DNA of 64,000 nucleotides from Basidiobolus meristosporus CBS 931.73 (GCA_002104905.1 MCFE01000467.1:1-64000), one strand, 5' to 3'. Positions 11,983-24,221 are shown, counted from the first letter of the stretch. Translations and numbers: made by a program. Notes: generated by a model from the sequence alone, not told the origin.

Positions 11983-14490
11983 ATGAGACTCGTCCCCAGA
12001 GAAATGGATAAGCTTATGCTTCACCAAGTTGGCTACTTGGCCCAGATGCGTCTTGCCAGAGGTATCCAGCTCAACCACAGTGAGGCCAGTGCCCTTATCG
12101 CCTCCCAAGCCTTGGAATTCATGAGAGATGGTAAGCACTCTGTTGCTGAAATCATGGACCTCGGTCGCCAGTTCTTGGGTAGAAGACATGTCCGCCCTGC
12201 TGTCATGGCCACTCTTCACGAGGTTCAAATTGAAGGTACCTTTACCGAGGGTACTTTCTTGGTTACCATCCACGACCCCATCTGTACCGATGATGGTAAC
12301 CTTGAGCTTGCTCTTTACGGATCCTTCTTGCCTATTCCCTCCATGGACATCTTCCCTGCTGTCGCCCCTGTCGACAAGAAGGCCCTCCCAGGATCTTTGG
12401 AGCTTCGCACCGAGAAGATCGTTCTTGTCCCCAACAGAGAGCGTGTTGCTCTTGTTGTTACCAACAACGGTGACAGACCCATCCAAGTCGGTTCTCACTA
12501 TCACTTTGTTGAGACCAATGCCGAGTTGTGCTTCGACCGCGGACTTGCTTACGGTCGTCGCCTAGACATTGCCGCCGGTACTGCCGTCCGTTTCGAGCCC
12601 GGAGAGTCCAAGACTGTCTCCTTGGTCGATATCGGTGGTGACCAAGTCATCACTGGTGGTAACAACATCGCCACTGGACCTGTTGATCGTTCCAGAGTCC
12701 CTGAAATCATCGAGCGTTGCAAGCAACTCAACTTCCAACACCGTGAACAAGAGTCCCTTCCCGCCCCCGCTCCATTCAGCTTGGAGCACTCCACCTATGT
12801 TGATATGTACGGCCCCACCGTTGGTGATAAGGTTCGTCTTGGAGACACCGACCTCATGGTCGAGATCGAGAAGGACTTCACCGTCTATGGTGATGAGTGC
12901 AAGTTCGGTGGTGGCAAGGTTCTTCGTGAGGGTATGGGCCAACAAACCGCCGTTTCCGATGATGATTGCCTCGATTTGGTCATCACCAACTGTGTCATCT
13001 TGGATCACTCTGGTATCATCAAGGCTGATATTGGTATCAAGGACTCCATGATCGTTGGTATTGGTAAGGCTGGTAACCCCGATGTCATGGACAACGTTAC
13101 CCCTGGTATGGTGGTTGGTGCTTCCACCGAGGCTTTGGCTGGTGAAGGACACATCTTCACTGCTGGTGCCATCGATACCCACGTTCACTTCATCTGCCCT
13201 CAATTGGCTGAGGAAGCCCTCAGCAGTGGTATCACCACCATGATCGGAGGTGGAACCGGCCCCAACACCGGTACCAACGCCACCACCTGTACTCCTGGTG
13301 CCAACCACATGCAATTCATGCTTCAAGCCACTGACAGCGTTCCCATGAACATGGGTTTCACTGGTAAGGGTAACTGCTCTGATGCCGAGGCCCTCCGTGA
13401 GCAAGTCAGAGCCGGTGCTCTTGGTCTTAAGCTTCACGAGGATTGGGGATCCACTCCTGCTGCCATTGACAACTGCTTGAGTGTCTGCGAGGAATTCGAT
13501 GTCCAGGCCACCATTCACACCGATACCTTGAACGAGTCTGGCTACGTCGAAGCCTCCATCGCCGCTTTCAAGCAACGTACCATCCACACCTATCACTCCG
13601 AAGGTGCTGGTGGTGGTCACGCTCCCGATATTATTCGTGTCTGTGGTGAGGAGTCTGTTCTTCCTTCCTCCACCAACCCCACTCGTCCTTACTGCAACAA
13701 CACTTTGGATGAGCACGTTGATATGTTGATGGTCTGCCATCATCTTGACAAGCGTATCCCTGAGGATGTTGCCTTCGCCGAATCCAGAATTCGTGCCGAG
13801 ACCATCGCCGCTGAGGATGTCCTCCACGACATTGGTGCCATCTCTGTCATCTCTTCTGATTCTCAAGCTATGGGACGTATTGGTGAGGTTATCTCCAGAA
13901 CCTGGAAGACCGCCCACAAGAACAAGGTCCAACGTGGTCACTTGGCTGGTCCTGAGGAGAAGGGTACCCCTAACAACGACAACTTCCGCGCCAAGCGTTA
14001 TGTTTCCAAGTACACCATCAACCCTGCCATCGCCCACGGTTGCTCCCACATGATCGGATCCATCGAGGTTGGCAAGTACGCCGATATTGTCATGTACAAC
14101 CCTGCTTTCTTCGGTACCAAGCCTGAACTCATCATCAAGGGTGGTGTGATTGCTTGGGCCAACATGGGTGACGCCAACGCCTCCATCCCTACCACCCAAC
14201 CTGTTGTTGGTCGTGGAATGTATGGAGCTACCGGTAACGGAGTTCGCGCCATTGCTTTCGTCAGTCAAGACTCCATTGATACTGGTGTCATTGCCAAGTA
14301 CAACCTCAAGAAGCAACCTGTTGCAGTCAAGAAGTGCCGTGGTCTCAAGAAGTCCGACATGAAGCACAACGGTGTTACTCCCGAGATCAAGGTTGACCCC
14401 GAGACCTATGAAGTGTATGCCGACGGTGTCCATATGATCTGTCCTCCTGCCACCGAATTGCCTATGGCTCAAAACTACTTCATCTTCTAA
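11983..14490 (+). CDS. URE1: Urease, eukaryotic single-chain gamma-beta-alpha, 835 aa, intronless
   Basis: Gamma start [11 protein letters not shown], beta [12 protein letters not shown], alpha [14 protein letters not shown]; Ni-site motifs [33 protein letters not shown], flap MVCHHL and SDSQAMGR all intact. Confidence 0.99.
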   Translation: MRLVPREMDKLMLHQVGYLAQMRLARGIQLNHSEASALIASQALEFMRDGKHSVAEIMDLGRQFLGRRHVRPAVMATLHEVQIEGTFTEGTFLVTIHDPICTDDGNLELALYGSFLPIPSMDIFPAVAPVDKKALPGSLELRTEKIVLVPNRERVALVVTNNGDRPIQVGSHYHFVETNAELCFDRGLAYGRRLDIAAGTAVRFEPGESKTVSLVDIGGDQVITGGNNIATGPVDRSRVPEIIERCKQLNFQHREQESLPAPAPFSLEHSTYVDMYGPTVGDKVRLGDTDLMVEIEKDFTVYGDECKFGGGKVLREGMGQQTAVSDDDCLDLVITNCVILDHSGIIKADIGIKDSMIVGIGKAGNPDVMDNVTPGMVVGASTEALAGEGHIFTAGAIDTHVHFICPQLAEEALSSGITTMIGGGTGPNTGTNATTCTPGANHMQFMLQATDSVPMNMGFTGKGNCSDAEALREQVRAGALGLKLHEDWGSTPAAIDNCLSVCEEFDVQATIHTDTLNESGYVEASIAAFKQRTIHTYHSEGAGGGHAPDIIRVCGEESVLPSSTNPTRPYCNNTLDEHVDMLMVCHHLDKRIPEDVAFAESRIRAETIAAEDVLHDIGAISVISSDSQAMGRIGEVISRTWKTAHKNKVQRGHLAGPEEKGTPNNDNFRAKRYVSKYTINPAIAHGCSHMIGSIEVGKYADIVMYNPAFFGTKPELIIKGGVIAWANMGDANASIPTTQPVVGRGMYGATGNGVRAIAFVSQDSIDTGVIAKYNLKKQPVAVKKCRGLKKSDMKHNGVTPEIKVDPETYEVYADGVHMICPPATELPMAQNYFIF

Positions 14491-14524
14491 GCAACCAACC
14501 AACCGAACGTGTACAAATTTCGAA

Positions 14525-14608
14525 GAATAAATATAGAATTGACGATATTTCCATGTTTTGCTGAGTTGAATAAATATAGAATTAACGATATCTCCATGCT
14601 TTGCAGTT
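14525..14608 (+). repeat. 43-bp tandem duplication in the urease 3' region, duplicating AATAAA
   Basis: GAATAAATATAGAATTRACGATATYTCCATGYTTTGC at 14525 and 14568. Confidence 0.85.
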
Positions 14609-14720
14609 TAGTTCGTCCAATTGATAGAGTTGAAATCACGATGGCTATGTAGATCGTATCCAAAAAATCCTGAGAATCTTACCCTCTTACAAATCAACTG
14701 CTCCGCAGCAATGTTGGACC

Positions 14721-14727
14721 TATAAAA
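14721..14727 (+). promoter_or_regulatory. Putative TATA box upstream of the yycE-like gene
   Basis: TATAAAA starting 40 bp before the ATG; AAG-ATG Kozak-like context, no Shine-Dalgarno. Confidence 0.45.
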
Positions 14728-14760
14728 CCACCGCTTCTAAAGCTCCAAGCAAATCTGAAG

Positions 14761-15150
14761 ATGGAATACGTGCAATTCCGTGTAGCAAGACCCACTGACC
14801 AGCTGGAGAAGGTAATTGAGTTCTACGGCGAGGGCCTTGGGCTTGAGAAGATAGGCTCGTTTGAAAAACACGCTGGGTACACCGGGGTGATGTTTGGCCT
14901 TCCCGATAAGAAGTACCATCTGGAATTTACAACCCACGAACTGGGAAGCCCATGCCCCGCTCCTTCCAAGGACAATCTTTTGGTTTTCTATATTCCAGAC
15001 AAGGCGAACATACGTAAGACCGTGGATAGGCTGAATAAGCTTGGCTATTACGAAGTCGAGCCCGAAAATCCGTACTGGAAAGTGGGTGGCAAGTCGTTTG
15101 AAGACCCCGATGGTTGGGGGATAGTGTTAATGAACAATGTTCTACCATAA
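14761..15150 (+). CDS. yycE: YycE-like VOC/glyoxalase-superfamily protein, 129 aa, intronless, bacterial type
   Basis: Family motifs of Bacillus YycE: RVARPT..L..V..FY..GLGL, H.GY.GVMFGLP...YHLEFT, DNLLVFY, ENPYW, EDPDGW.IVLMN. Confidence 0.9.
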   Translation: MEYVQFRVARPTDQLEKVIEFYGEGLGLEKIGSFEKHAGYTGVMFGLPDKKYHLEFTTHELGSPCPAPSKDNLLVFYIPDKANIRKTVDRLNKLGYYEVEPENPYWKVGGKSFEDPDGWGIVLMNNVLP

Positions 15151-15310
15151 ATTGGCGGCGTGGCTTGCGAAAATATCACGATTAGTTGACTTTAATATCA
15201 CAATTGTTTGCACAATGCATAGATTTAACTTAATTAAACATGTACATCAAGTCGACTGGATCCCTTTTTGGCCCAAAGTGCCGATTGAGGTTAAACTGGT
15301 TGATTCCTTT

Positions 15311-15363
15311 TATTCAAGTAATGTCGACTACTGTTATTATTCAAGTAATGCCGACTACTGTTT
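15311..15363. repeat. 27-bp tandem duplication
   Basis: TATTCAAGTAATGYCGACTACTGTT at 15311 and 15338. Confidence 0.85.
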
Positions 15364-15990
15364 ATGGGTAGTTTCTCTTCTATCCACCTCGCAACGTATG
15401 TGTGGAAAGTTCCGATCAAGTTGACGGATTTATAGCGTGTTGAGTTTTCTATTATACATGCAACGGTGAGTATCTTTTCGTGTAGTTAATCGATTTCCCC
15501 AACCCATGACCTCTTAATCAACTCACAATGTGTTCTTCCGTCGAGTTAAACTGGTCAATGGATTCATGTGTTGTTTGCTTTCGAATCAGCGTTATGATAT
15601 GATTCCACGATTAAGAACCAGGCGCCGATTCTATTCTTGGGCAATCGACTCCAATTTATACATCAACACAATAAGCTCAGACTGCATCGATAATGCATAT
15701 ATTCAACTCTCCCCCATCAAATGTATGCAGTACACATTGTATTTTTCTTAATTTAAACTTCTCGTCTTCTGCTCTCGCGCCATAGAAGATTTCCAAGAGC
15801 TGGCTGTATCAGCTAGACTCTGCCTGGAGCTTGAAGACCCACCAAGAATAATCTCTCCACAATCATATAACCCCTTTTGGGATTCCTCTTTTAAACTCTA
15901 TAATTTAATATCGATTAAGAAAGCTCTGTACCACGATCGTTGACTATTTCTTTGCTTTTACTAAAAGCCAGTACTCGTCTCTTCCCCCAA

Positions 15991-16574
15991 ATGCCGCCCG
16001 CCTTAACCGTGAATCCTATTTTCCGTCCTTTACCCAATCTTAAAGACAAACCCACAAATATCTATGGTTAGCTCGTTTACAGTCTACTGGAACTGTGCTG
16101 AAGCTAAATAACCTCCCTTTCTTCCCAGGAAACTGCTTTGAGCCCATAAGAGAAAAGGAGTTGGCAAAGATTCTTGCGGCCTTATCCGAAGCTACTACTC
16201 CTAGCACCAGAAAAGGTAGGTCCTCCTTCCCTTATTTATATGGGGGACTTGAGCGAACGCTGACTCGATTCACTTCTGTGTAGACATTCTTTTGTCCAAA
16301 TCGACAACATGTTGGATTACTTGCAAACAACTAGGTAGGAAGTTATAGTTGGTATGTCACGTGATATGAACCCCAGTTCCAACACAAATCTCACCATCCA
16401 GGTCAAATATTCCACCACCTACCCTATCCTGCAGAGCGGAGATTCGCCACAACCCTTTTCGCGCCCAAGATAGTTGATCGATATTACAGGCACCAGGATC
16501 TCTTTTCGAATCTGAAGACTGACACACCAACTGAAAAATCCATCTTGCGTGAGATTATCCTACAAAGGCGTTAA
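15991..16574 (+). CDS. Cryptic 4-exon gene, DUF4476-like helical domain (~128 aa; 5' end may extend further)
   Basis: Introns 16067-16128, ~16214-16281 and 16335-16401 (GT..AG, 62-68 nt, branch-like motifs) join one open frame: ..PIREKELAKILAAL..RKDILL..WITCKQLGQIF..ERRFATTLFAPKIVD..LREII. Confidence 0.55.
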
Positions 16575-16879
16575 ACAGCCACCACAAGCCATGTAATTAG
16601 AGCCTTTTGGAGCTCATTTTGTTAGTTCTTGATCAATAGAAGAGTTGTACATACTTTTGTAACCTTCATGTACAATAACCTGCAATTAAGTAAAAAGCCA
16701 AGATCTCTTTCGAACCTTTGGAAAGAGTAGCCACCACATTCACTGAGTGAAGTGTAACTTGATTTATTCGTATGATATCTATCGATACAATGTATGTGGG
16801 AATATTAAAATGCTTAGTCTTTGATAACTCTGCTTGCGACACTTCACATACACCATGAGAGTATCGCTTCCAAAGAAGA

Positions 16880-17687
16880 TTACATCCGCTCCTTGAAATC
16901 CCCCAGTTTGGCGCCGATCGAGTCCAATCTATCTAGCGCCATCTGTGTTTCTTTTACTGCTGCTCTACGAGCATCTCTGACACTTTCAAATTCGGAAGAG
17001 CTAACCACGCCATCCAAGGCGAAGAGTGCCTGCATCAGTTGTTCATTAAGATAGTTCCGCAGATTTTGTAGTTTTCCACGCTCTTTGATCTCGTGTGAGG
17101 CTTGATGACTAACAAATCTAGCCACTTCCAGCTCGAACTCATCCAGCTGCGGAAATATCTCCCGATGCGTCTTCTCCAGTAGCTGTTGGATCCGGCTGAT
17201 CAACTGAGATTCCTCTGTAGAGCCTGGATTGGGCGGGATATCCTGAGAAACAAGGTAAATTTCGGGGAATATTCAAGGTATCCACCGCGTAGACAGATGT
17301 TTACCTCAGGCTTACTTCCAATAAGCATTATTTTGGAACCCATTCGTAGACCATAGCTAGCCAACGTTGCGGTGTCATCTTTCATTACCACTTAAGGAAT
17401 CAGGTGTTAATTATGCTCTGAAGGAAAACAAACGAAAACTTCAGATCCCAATGCGCATTACTATCAAGAGGTTTCAACAGCGCTCTGAAGTTGAGCAACC
17501 ATATAGGAGGTCAAAAAAAATAAGGATCAATACCTCCGGTGACCAAGAGTTTCATGGAAGCGGTAGGTATGCCGGTGAGTTCCGAGCATCGCTCTTTTAG
17601 CTGGGCAAGGGTGGTAGCAGAAAGAGAAGACTCGGTATACTCAAGGTTGAAAATTTCCCGCTTCCACTTGACCTGAATGAAGCTCAT
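16880..17687 (-). CDS. BAG1: BAG-family Hsp70 cochaperone (ubiquitin-like + BAG domain), 3 exons
   Basis: UBL: TLAQLKERCSELTGIPTASMKLLVTG / LASYGLRMGSKIMLIG; BAG: EQLMQALFALDGV..VRDARRAAVKETQ..LD. Confidence 0.88.
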
Positions 17688-18004
17688 GTTCAACTACTAC
17701 TGAATGTAGAATTCTGGTGCTACACTTGACTTGAATAATAAGCAATTTCTAACAATGCGCCCATCCCTGAAGTCACGTGACCAGGGGTTGCTTTGTTTTG
17801 GAATCCATCTCTAAACAGATTTTCATTGTTTACCTCTAGAAAGCAACCCATTTCTTTCCTGGATTGGTAAATAATTTTTTCGTTCACTTGCAATTGGAGT
17901 CCATCCCGTAAACACGCTCCTTTAATCACCATATCAAACACCAACTTCATAAACACCACGTTGGCCCCACCTTATCGAAATACAGACCATAGTTTTAACG
18001 AATA

Positions 18005-20254
18005 ATGTCTAGCACTGTGGATCAACTAGGTAAACCATCGTCAATAGCACCTACCGATATTATACCTGACCTCACCCTCATACAAACCCCGTATGTAACC
18101 ATGTTTGTTATCTCTAGAGGAAAATTTCGTAGCACACTCATCTGGAGTGAACTGTTTAAAGTTTGGTACAAAATCTGGAAGGGTTTTTGTATCGGGTGGG
18201 AACGACAGTTTAGTGAAAGTATGGATCGTAGGAAAATCCGAGTCGGAGATGGTGAGACCCGTTGTATTGACTTGTGTGTCGGTATACTGCTAACACTAGT
18301 TGCGCTCCAGTCTCTTTCTGGGCTACGAGCACCGGTCAAGACAGTAGGCTTAGATTCGTATGAACTCATTGCGGGCGGTGGTACTATCGATGGCGAGATC
18401 AAGCTCTGGGATCTTGTCAGAGCAAAAGGTACGCTTCTCATGTGGCTAGACGACCATAGCACCAGATGGTAACGATTCCCTCCAGCAATTAGAACATTCA
18501 ATGCCAGCAAGACTGCCATACAAAGCCTAGAGTTTCACCCCTTTGGTGGTTTCCTTGCGTCTGCATCCAAGAGCACCATCAAGGTGTGGGATATTCGAGA
18601 GAGAAAATGCATCCAAACTTACAAGGATGCAACCAACACACTGAAGATGAGCCCTGACGGCCGACTGATCATCACTGGAGGTGTTGACTCTTCAGTCAAG
18701 GTAGGCTCCACCACACTCAAGCAGCGCCATCATGCGTATTCATCATCATTCGCCACGTATTGCAGATTTGGGATCTGACCGCCGGAAAGATCTTGAAAAC
18801 ATTTTCAGGACACACATCACCTGTAACCTCGGTCGCCATTCACCCCCATGAATGTTTATTAGCTACGAGCGAGCTATCGGGGTGTGTAAAGTTCTGGGAT
18901 ATTGATCGATTCGAAATGGTTGGCAGCCTGGATCCACACAGCGGGGATCTGGATGCCAGTAAAGCTGTGAACTCTATCCAATTCGGCCCCGACGGGTCAT
19001 CTCTGGTTGGTGTAGGTCAGAACGTCATGAAGGTAACACCAGCCTCGATGCGCTCCTCTGTTAGGTAGACGACTAACGACCCCATGTGCAGATGTATGGA
19101 TGGGAGCCTGCCCAATGCTATTCCAGGATTACTCCTCCTTGGACCAACCTGGCGGACTTCAGCATAACCAAAGCAAACCAGTTTATCGGTGCGAACATCG
19201 TGAACGACACCATCAACACCTGGGCAATGGATATGATGGTACGACAGCCATTCACATCGCATTTTGGAACTGCACTGACCCCTCTCGTTAGGACTTGATG
19301 AAGTACCCGGAGGATCAGAACGATCTAGAAGACCAGGTGGCCGTCAGCACAATCAGTAAGAGATAGTTCGCTTAGCCCCAGCCGGTAGAGTCGGTGTTAA
19401 CCTCGTTGATGACCATAGCCAAGAAACTGGATGAGATTGCTGTTAACAGCCCTGCCCCAAGCACCGCCTCTGCCCCAAGGTCACCCTTCGACCACCACCA
19501 CTCTCTAGAGAAGCCAGTCTTGAACAGCCCCGCGCCTCTGAACACCCCCACCTCCAACCCTAGCCCCGACCAACGCTCCCCGAAGCCGCACTCCAGCATT
19601 AGCATCGGCACCCAGTCGTGGCAGAGCGAGGAAGACTTTGTTGAACATCTCTCGAACGGCCACGCTTCCGTAGCCGATCAAATGGCCAAGCGTCTGGAGG
19701 ATGTTCGTGCTTTGAGAGCAACTTGGGACGAGGCGGGGGTCACTCGAGCGTTGAAAATGTTGCCAACCATCAAAGACACGGCGGTGTATGTCGATCTCCT
19801 CAAGATCTTCACCCTCAATCCCAAGCTACTGAACATCGAAGCCTCAATCACTATCCTTCCCCTGGTGACAGAGCTGTTGTTCGAGCCGTACGAAAAGTAA
19901 GCAACACATCACCCCTTCCCTCAGCAAAGAAGCTAACTTGGCACCAGTTACATCATCACCGCCAGCACAGTCATCAAGCAAATCATCCGGAACCACCAGA
20001 TCGCGATCAAAAACATTGTGGACAACAACAGGCCTCCCTTAACCCAACACAAGTCAGTAGGAATGGCATCGATTGAACCCAGAGTTTGTAGTAACCACCC
20101 AGTTGATTCTATTTACAGGAAAAAGGTCCGTGAATGCTACCAGGGACTTCAGGATGTCAAGGTGCTGCTGATGGACCTGAAGAATACTCCTGGCCAGGTG
20201 GGAGCAGCCGTTCGCGACGCACTCAATGAGTTCTCTACCCTCCCACACTGTTAA
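18005..20254 (+). CDS. KATNB1: Katanin p80 WD40 regulatory subunit, multi-exon
   Basis: N-terminal FVAHSSGVNCLKFG..SGRVFVSGGND, WD40 repeats (EFHPFG, SPDGR, KIWDL), C-terminal con80-like region (RLEDVRALRATW..VYVDLL..ILPLVTELL); last intron position uncertain. Confidence 0.88.
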
Positions 20255-20501
20255 TTTCCTAATCTGATGGGATCCCTGATATTTGAACTTTTTGTCCGTT
20301 TTGTAAGCTGTATATATCCTACAAATTGTCAATAAATGCGCCTTCATTCCTGGTAAACTGCATTGATCCTTTCTGTATGCTTTGGAGCGATCCTAGGCGA
20401 TCAAATTTTCCTGAAAAAAATCAATCTCTGCTTTTTTTTATTTGGCTGGATGGACATAGTCCGTACTTTTTGCCCACTTTGTTGTCACGGTTCGTTAGAA
20501 T

Positions 20502-21314
20502 ATGGCGAAATCAATTACCCTCGGTGATGCTGTGAACCAGCTAGAAGCTTCCCTCTCGAAGATTCAGGCCCATCTCGATCCGCTATTGAGCGCTCCCTTA
20601 AACGAAACCATCGGCAAACTGCCAGTTATGGATCGTTGCAAGTTGGAGGTTATGGTGGCATATGCCATTAACACCTTGTTCTGGAGTAAGTTTGAGGTTG
20701 CTGGAAGACCCCGTATTTTCCAATACTGACCCTTGCAAACAGTATATCTCAAGACCCAAGGAGTCCCACCAAACGACCATCCTGTTATGAAAGAATTGGT
20801 AACTTGAATTTTCCAACACGTCCATCTGTCAGGTTATTTACACCACCTCTCAGGAACGTATCCGAGGCTATATTCAGAAAATCAAGGAAACCGAAGGAAC
20901 GCACAAACGTAAGTAGCGGAGTACAATTAAGGGTTTTGTGCCTAACATAGGGCATTGCGATATTCTTGTTCGACACGTATTGATCCTTTACTCTAGCTAC
21001 CTTGACCGTTGACAAAGAAGCAGCTGCACGTTTTATCAAGAACGCTCTCAACGAATCTGAAGCCACCCAAGGTAAGATACGGATGTTTCCACTTTGTTTA
21101 CACGTGTTCGTCCTAACCAACGCCCGTGTCTTAAGAAAATGAAACTAAGGAAGAGGCAGAAGAGGATGAAATGGAGGTAGACGAAGAAAAGGTAGAGGAG
21201 GACACCGCGGCCGACTCCAGCAAGAAGAGAAAGCCCGAGAGTGTCAAGAAGGAGACCACTACTCCTTCCAAGAAGAAGGCCGTGAAAGGAAAGGGGAGAA
21301 AAGGAAAGAAATAG
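20502..21314 (+). CDS. C1D: Exosome cofactor C1D/Rrp47 (Sas10/C1D domain), 5 exons
   Basis: KLEVMVAYAINTLFWIYLKTQGV.P.DHPVMKELERIRGYIQK, VDKEAAARFIK, basic tail. Confidence 0.92.
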
Positions 21315-21794
21315 ACAAATATTGAGTAATTAGATGGCCTTGACTGTTTTCTTTACTATTATCCAAGTATGTAAATAAAGTTTAAAGCATATTATCCTGA
21401 CCTAACCAGCTGTCCGACAAAAGCTTTTGAGGCTACGTTAGGGTCAGTTAAAGGACAGGACCCCATGTGGAACGTTACTCGGAGTAGTTGGTTAGAACCA
21501 TTAATTTGTGTTAGTTACTAGAGCCAAATGGCAGACCAAGCAATCCATAAGCGATGAGACACGGAGCGAACCCCGAACTTATTGCTTGGCCAATATAGGG
21601 ATATGTTACACACCGATACTAAATCGAGGCAAATACGAGGATTGCTGAAAATTCAAGTTTATTTGAGTTGGCTAAATGAATGACTTAATTGTTGTTCGTT
21701 ACCATCGCAAGCAAACACTTCTTATTTCTATAGCAACTGTTGCGCGGTTCGTCTTTACTCTTTACTTTAGTATCACTACCTTATACACCTCGAC

Positions 21795-24166
21795 ATGGAA
21801 GAGGAGCTTTTCTATCTGCAGCCAGGCTTCGACCCTGCGAAGTTAAAAGTGGTAGACCTGCGTCGAATCTTACTGAAACACGGTGTAGAATTCAACACCA
21901 ACAGCAAAAAGCAAGTACTTGTAGACCTATTTGAGTTGTATATCACTCCAAACGCTGAGCAATGGCTGAAAGATGTCAGCAAACTTCAAGTAAAAGATAG
22001 AAGCGGCACCATTTTGGAAAAGCCAAAGGTAATTTCTCTCAGCAAGGCTGTCCTTCTACTCCAACTTACACCCTCTACAGTCAAGGCCAACCTCCCCAGT
22101 ATTTTCTACTCCAGGAAAATCAATGCGCGTGGTAAGCCTTTGCAGACAACAACAGACCAAGGCTGAGAATGAAGCTGATGCTTTTGAAAACATAGAAAGA
22201 TGTAGTGAAAAACATCGAACTGCTGAGTTCTGACGGAGAAAATTCACCACCAAGAAGAAGAACTCGTACACCCAAGGTTGGCTTTCTTGGATGGCCAGTA
22301 GGAAGGAGACTACTCACGCATATTCCTTCACCAGGACGCCGACTATTTCTCTGATGAAAATCCATTCCAAAGTGGAGATGAAACTCCAGAAAGGCCTCGC
22401 CGCCGTACAAAGGTTTGCAAGAAGTTGATTTCACCCGGTATCGAGACGGTGCACTCAGCATACTCTCCTTTAGACCAGAAGGTCGACTCGGCATTCCCTC
22501 AAACGCACTGAATCATCGCCAGCACCATCGCCAGCACCATCACCACATCGTTTCATGAACCCCAATTTCATGAAAGCTAACATGTCGGTCAGTTACTCCC
22601 CAGACATCATGACCCATCTAAAATCTTCCAGGGGCGCCCATGACACACCCACCAGTAGTGCCAAGGGGCTGCCGCTGCCTAAGCGCCTCCGAGGCACAGA
22701 GGCCCAAGCCAAGCGTGCATCGAAGAGCTATGGAATAGGGCCATTTTGGACATTCGTATGGATCGTTCTGCTGGGATACGGGGTGTGGTATCGCCAGACC
22801 AGCATGAAGATCGGCTATTGCGCAGAAGGGCATGACGACACTGGTACGAATGGTTGCTACAAATGCATTACTGCCAGACTAACACTCGTATTGCAGAGCA
22901 ACCCGACATCCCCTACCAATTCCTCTATCCTGAGTGCACCCCCTGCCCTCATCACGGACACTGCGAAAGCTCAAAGTTCCTTGGATGTAGCGACGAGTTC
23001 ATTCCCAAAACCCACCCACTCACCAATCTCCTGTTCCCATTGGAAATTGAATGCGTGCCCGATTCCGCAAAGATCAGCAAGATCCAAGCCTTGGCGAACC
23101 ACATGAAGGAGGAGTTGAGCGCACGCGCAGGAACCGTGCAATGTGATCCCAGCATCCCAGAAAACGCCACATTCGCGCACAGCATCGTATATGAGCCGGA
23201 GCTAAAGGATATCTTGGAGCAACGGAAAGATGTGAGAGCCAACTAGAATACCCACCAGCTCAGGAGACTAATGGCTTTTTGAGTGCAGATTGGGATGAAT
23301 TTGGTGGAATTAGCTGAGTTGTGGAAACCAGCGGTCCGTGACCTGGTGAGCCAGCGCCACCACATCCAAACTGGAACTGACGAAAGGTATCACGTGTCAT
23401 TCCCGTTCTCTCCACCTGCGATGTTGTAACCGTCTTTGTTCGCCAGCGGCACAGCCTACTTCATGTCCCGCCAACCTACCTATCCACTGGGATGCCGTAT
23501 CAAGAAGAAAGCCTCCGAGTTCCTACACAAACATTTGAACGAGCTGGGTGGGATCACTTTGATCGTGGGACTGATTTGGTACATTAGACACAGATACCAA
23601 GGTAGTGGCCGATACGCTTGGCGCGTTCCACCGCCCAGACTAAATAGAGCTTTATCTAGACTACGCAAACGAGACCAAATTAGCGGCTGAACTGGTGGAC
23701 ACAGTCCTAAATCGCCTTGTAGATCAGGTATGATATCTGGGTGGTTACGGTTGATTTGGTTAGGAAAGCTCACTCGAAACACAGGAACACTATCACTACG
23801 TGGACCCCGTGCAGCATCCAACCAATGTTCTGTCTGTTTCGCATCTCCGCGACTTCTTGTTAAGCACTGAGCACAATCATGTCCGTCGCCAACGTATTTG
23901 GGAGAAAGTGCGTCGAATTGTGGAGGCAAACTCCAACGTTCGCGCTGGAAAAATGGAGATCAAGGGAGAGCCACACCGAGTGTGGGAATGGGTGGGGACT
24001 GCCCCGATTACACCCAAGGTAATTTGATCGATAACCCTGGGAAATGCTGGATTGTTTGACTGACCAGTTGCAATAGATGCCAAGCACGCCGATCTATCCC
24101 AAGCTGGGTGTAGACACACTCGGTGTAGACGCAGAATCCTACATACCCGAGGAGATCGTCGATTAA
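21795..24166 (+). CDS. SRC1: Inner nuclear membrane LEM/HeH protein Src1/Heh1/Man1, multi-exon
   Basis: HeH domain YLQPGFDPAKLKVVDLRRILLKHGV, FSDENPFQSG, two TM segments, CTPCPHHGHC, MSC domain WEKVRRIVEANSNVR..GEPHRVWEWVG; all introns restore frame. Confidence 0.93.
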
Positions 24167-24221
24167 TAAAGATGCGTTTTCATGTGATGTAGCAATGTTT
24201 ATTGACGCATTGACTCTATGC

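Noticed and set aside
12562-14502. 646-aa antisense ORF over urease, plus 11974-12504
   Set aside because: Shadow of strong C/T third-position bias; no recognisable domain
11983-15150. Urease plus yycE as one transferred bacterial operon
   Set aside because: The urease is the fused eukaryotic type with host-like codon bias, no accessory ure genes are present, and each gene has its own TATA-like element
10589-15363. Short direct repeats considered as CRISPR-like
   Set aside because: Only two adjacent copies each, no spacers, no cas genes, eukaryotic context
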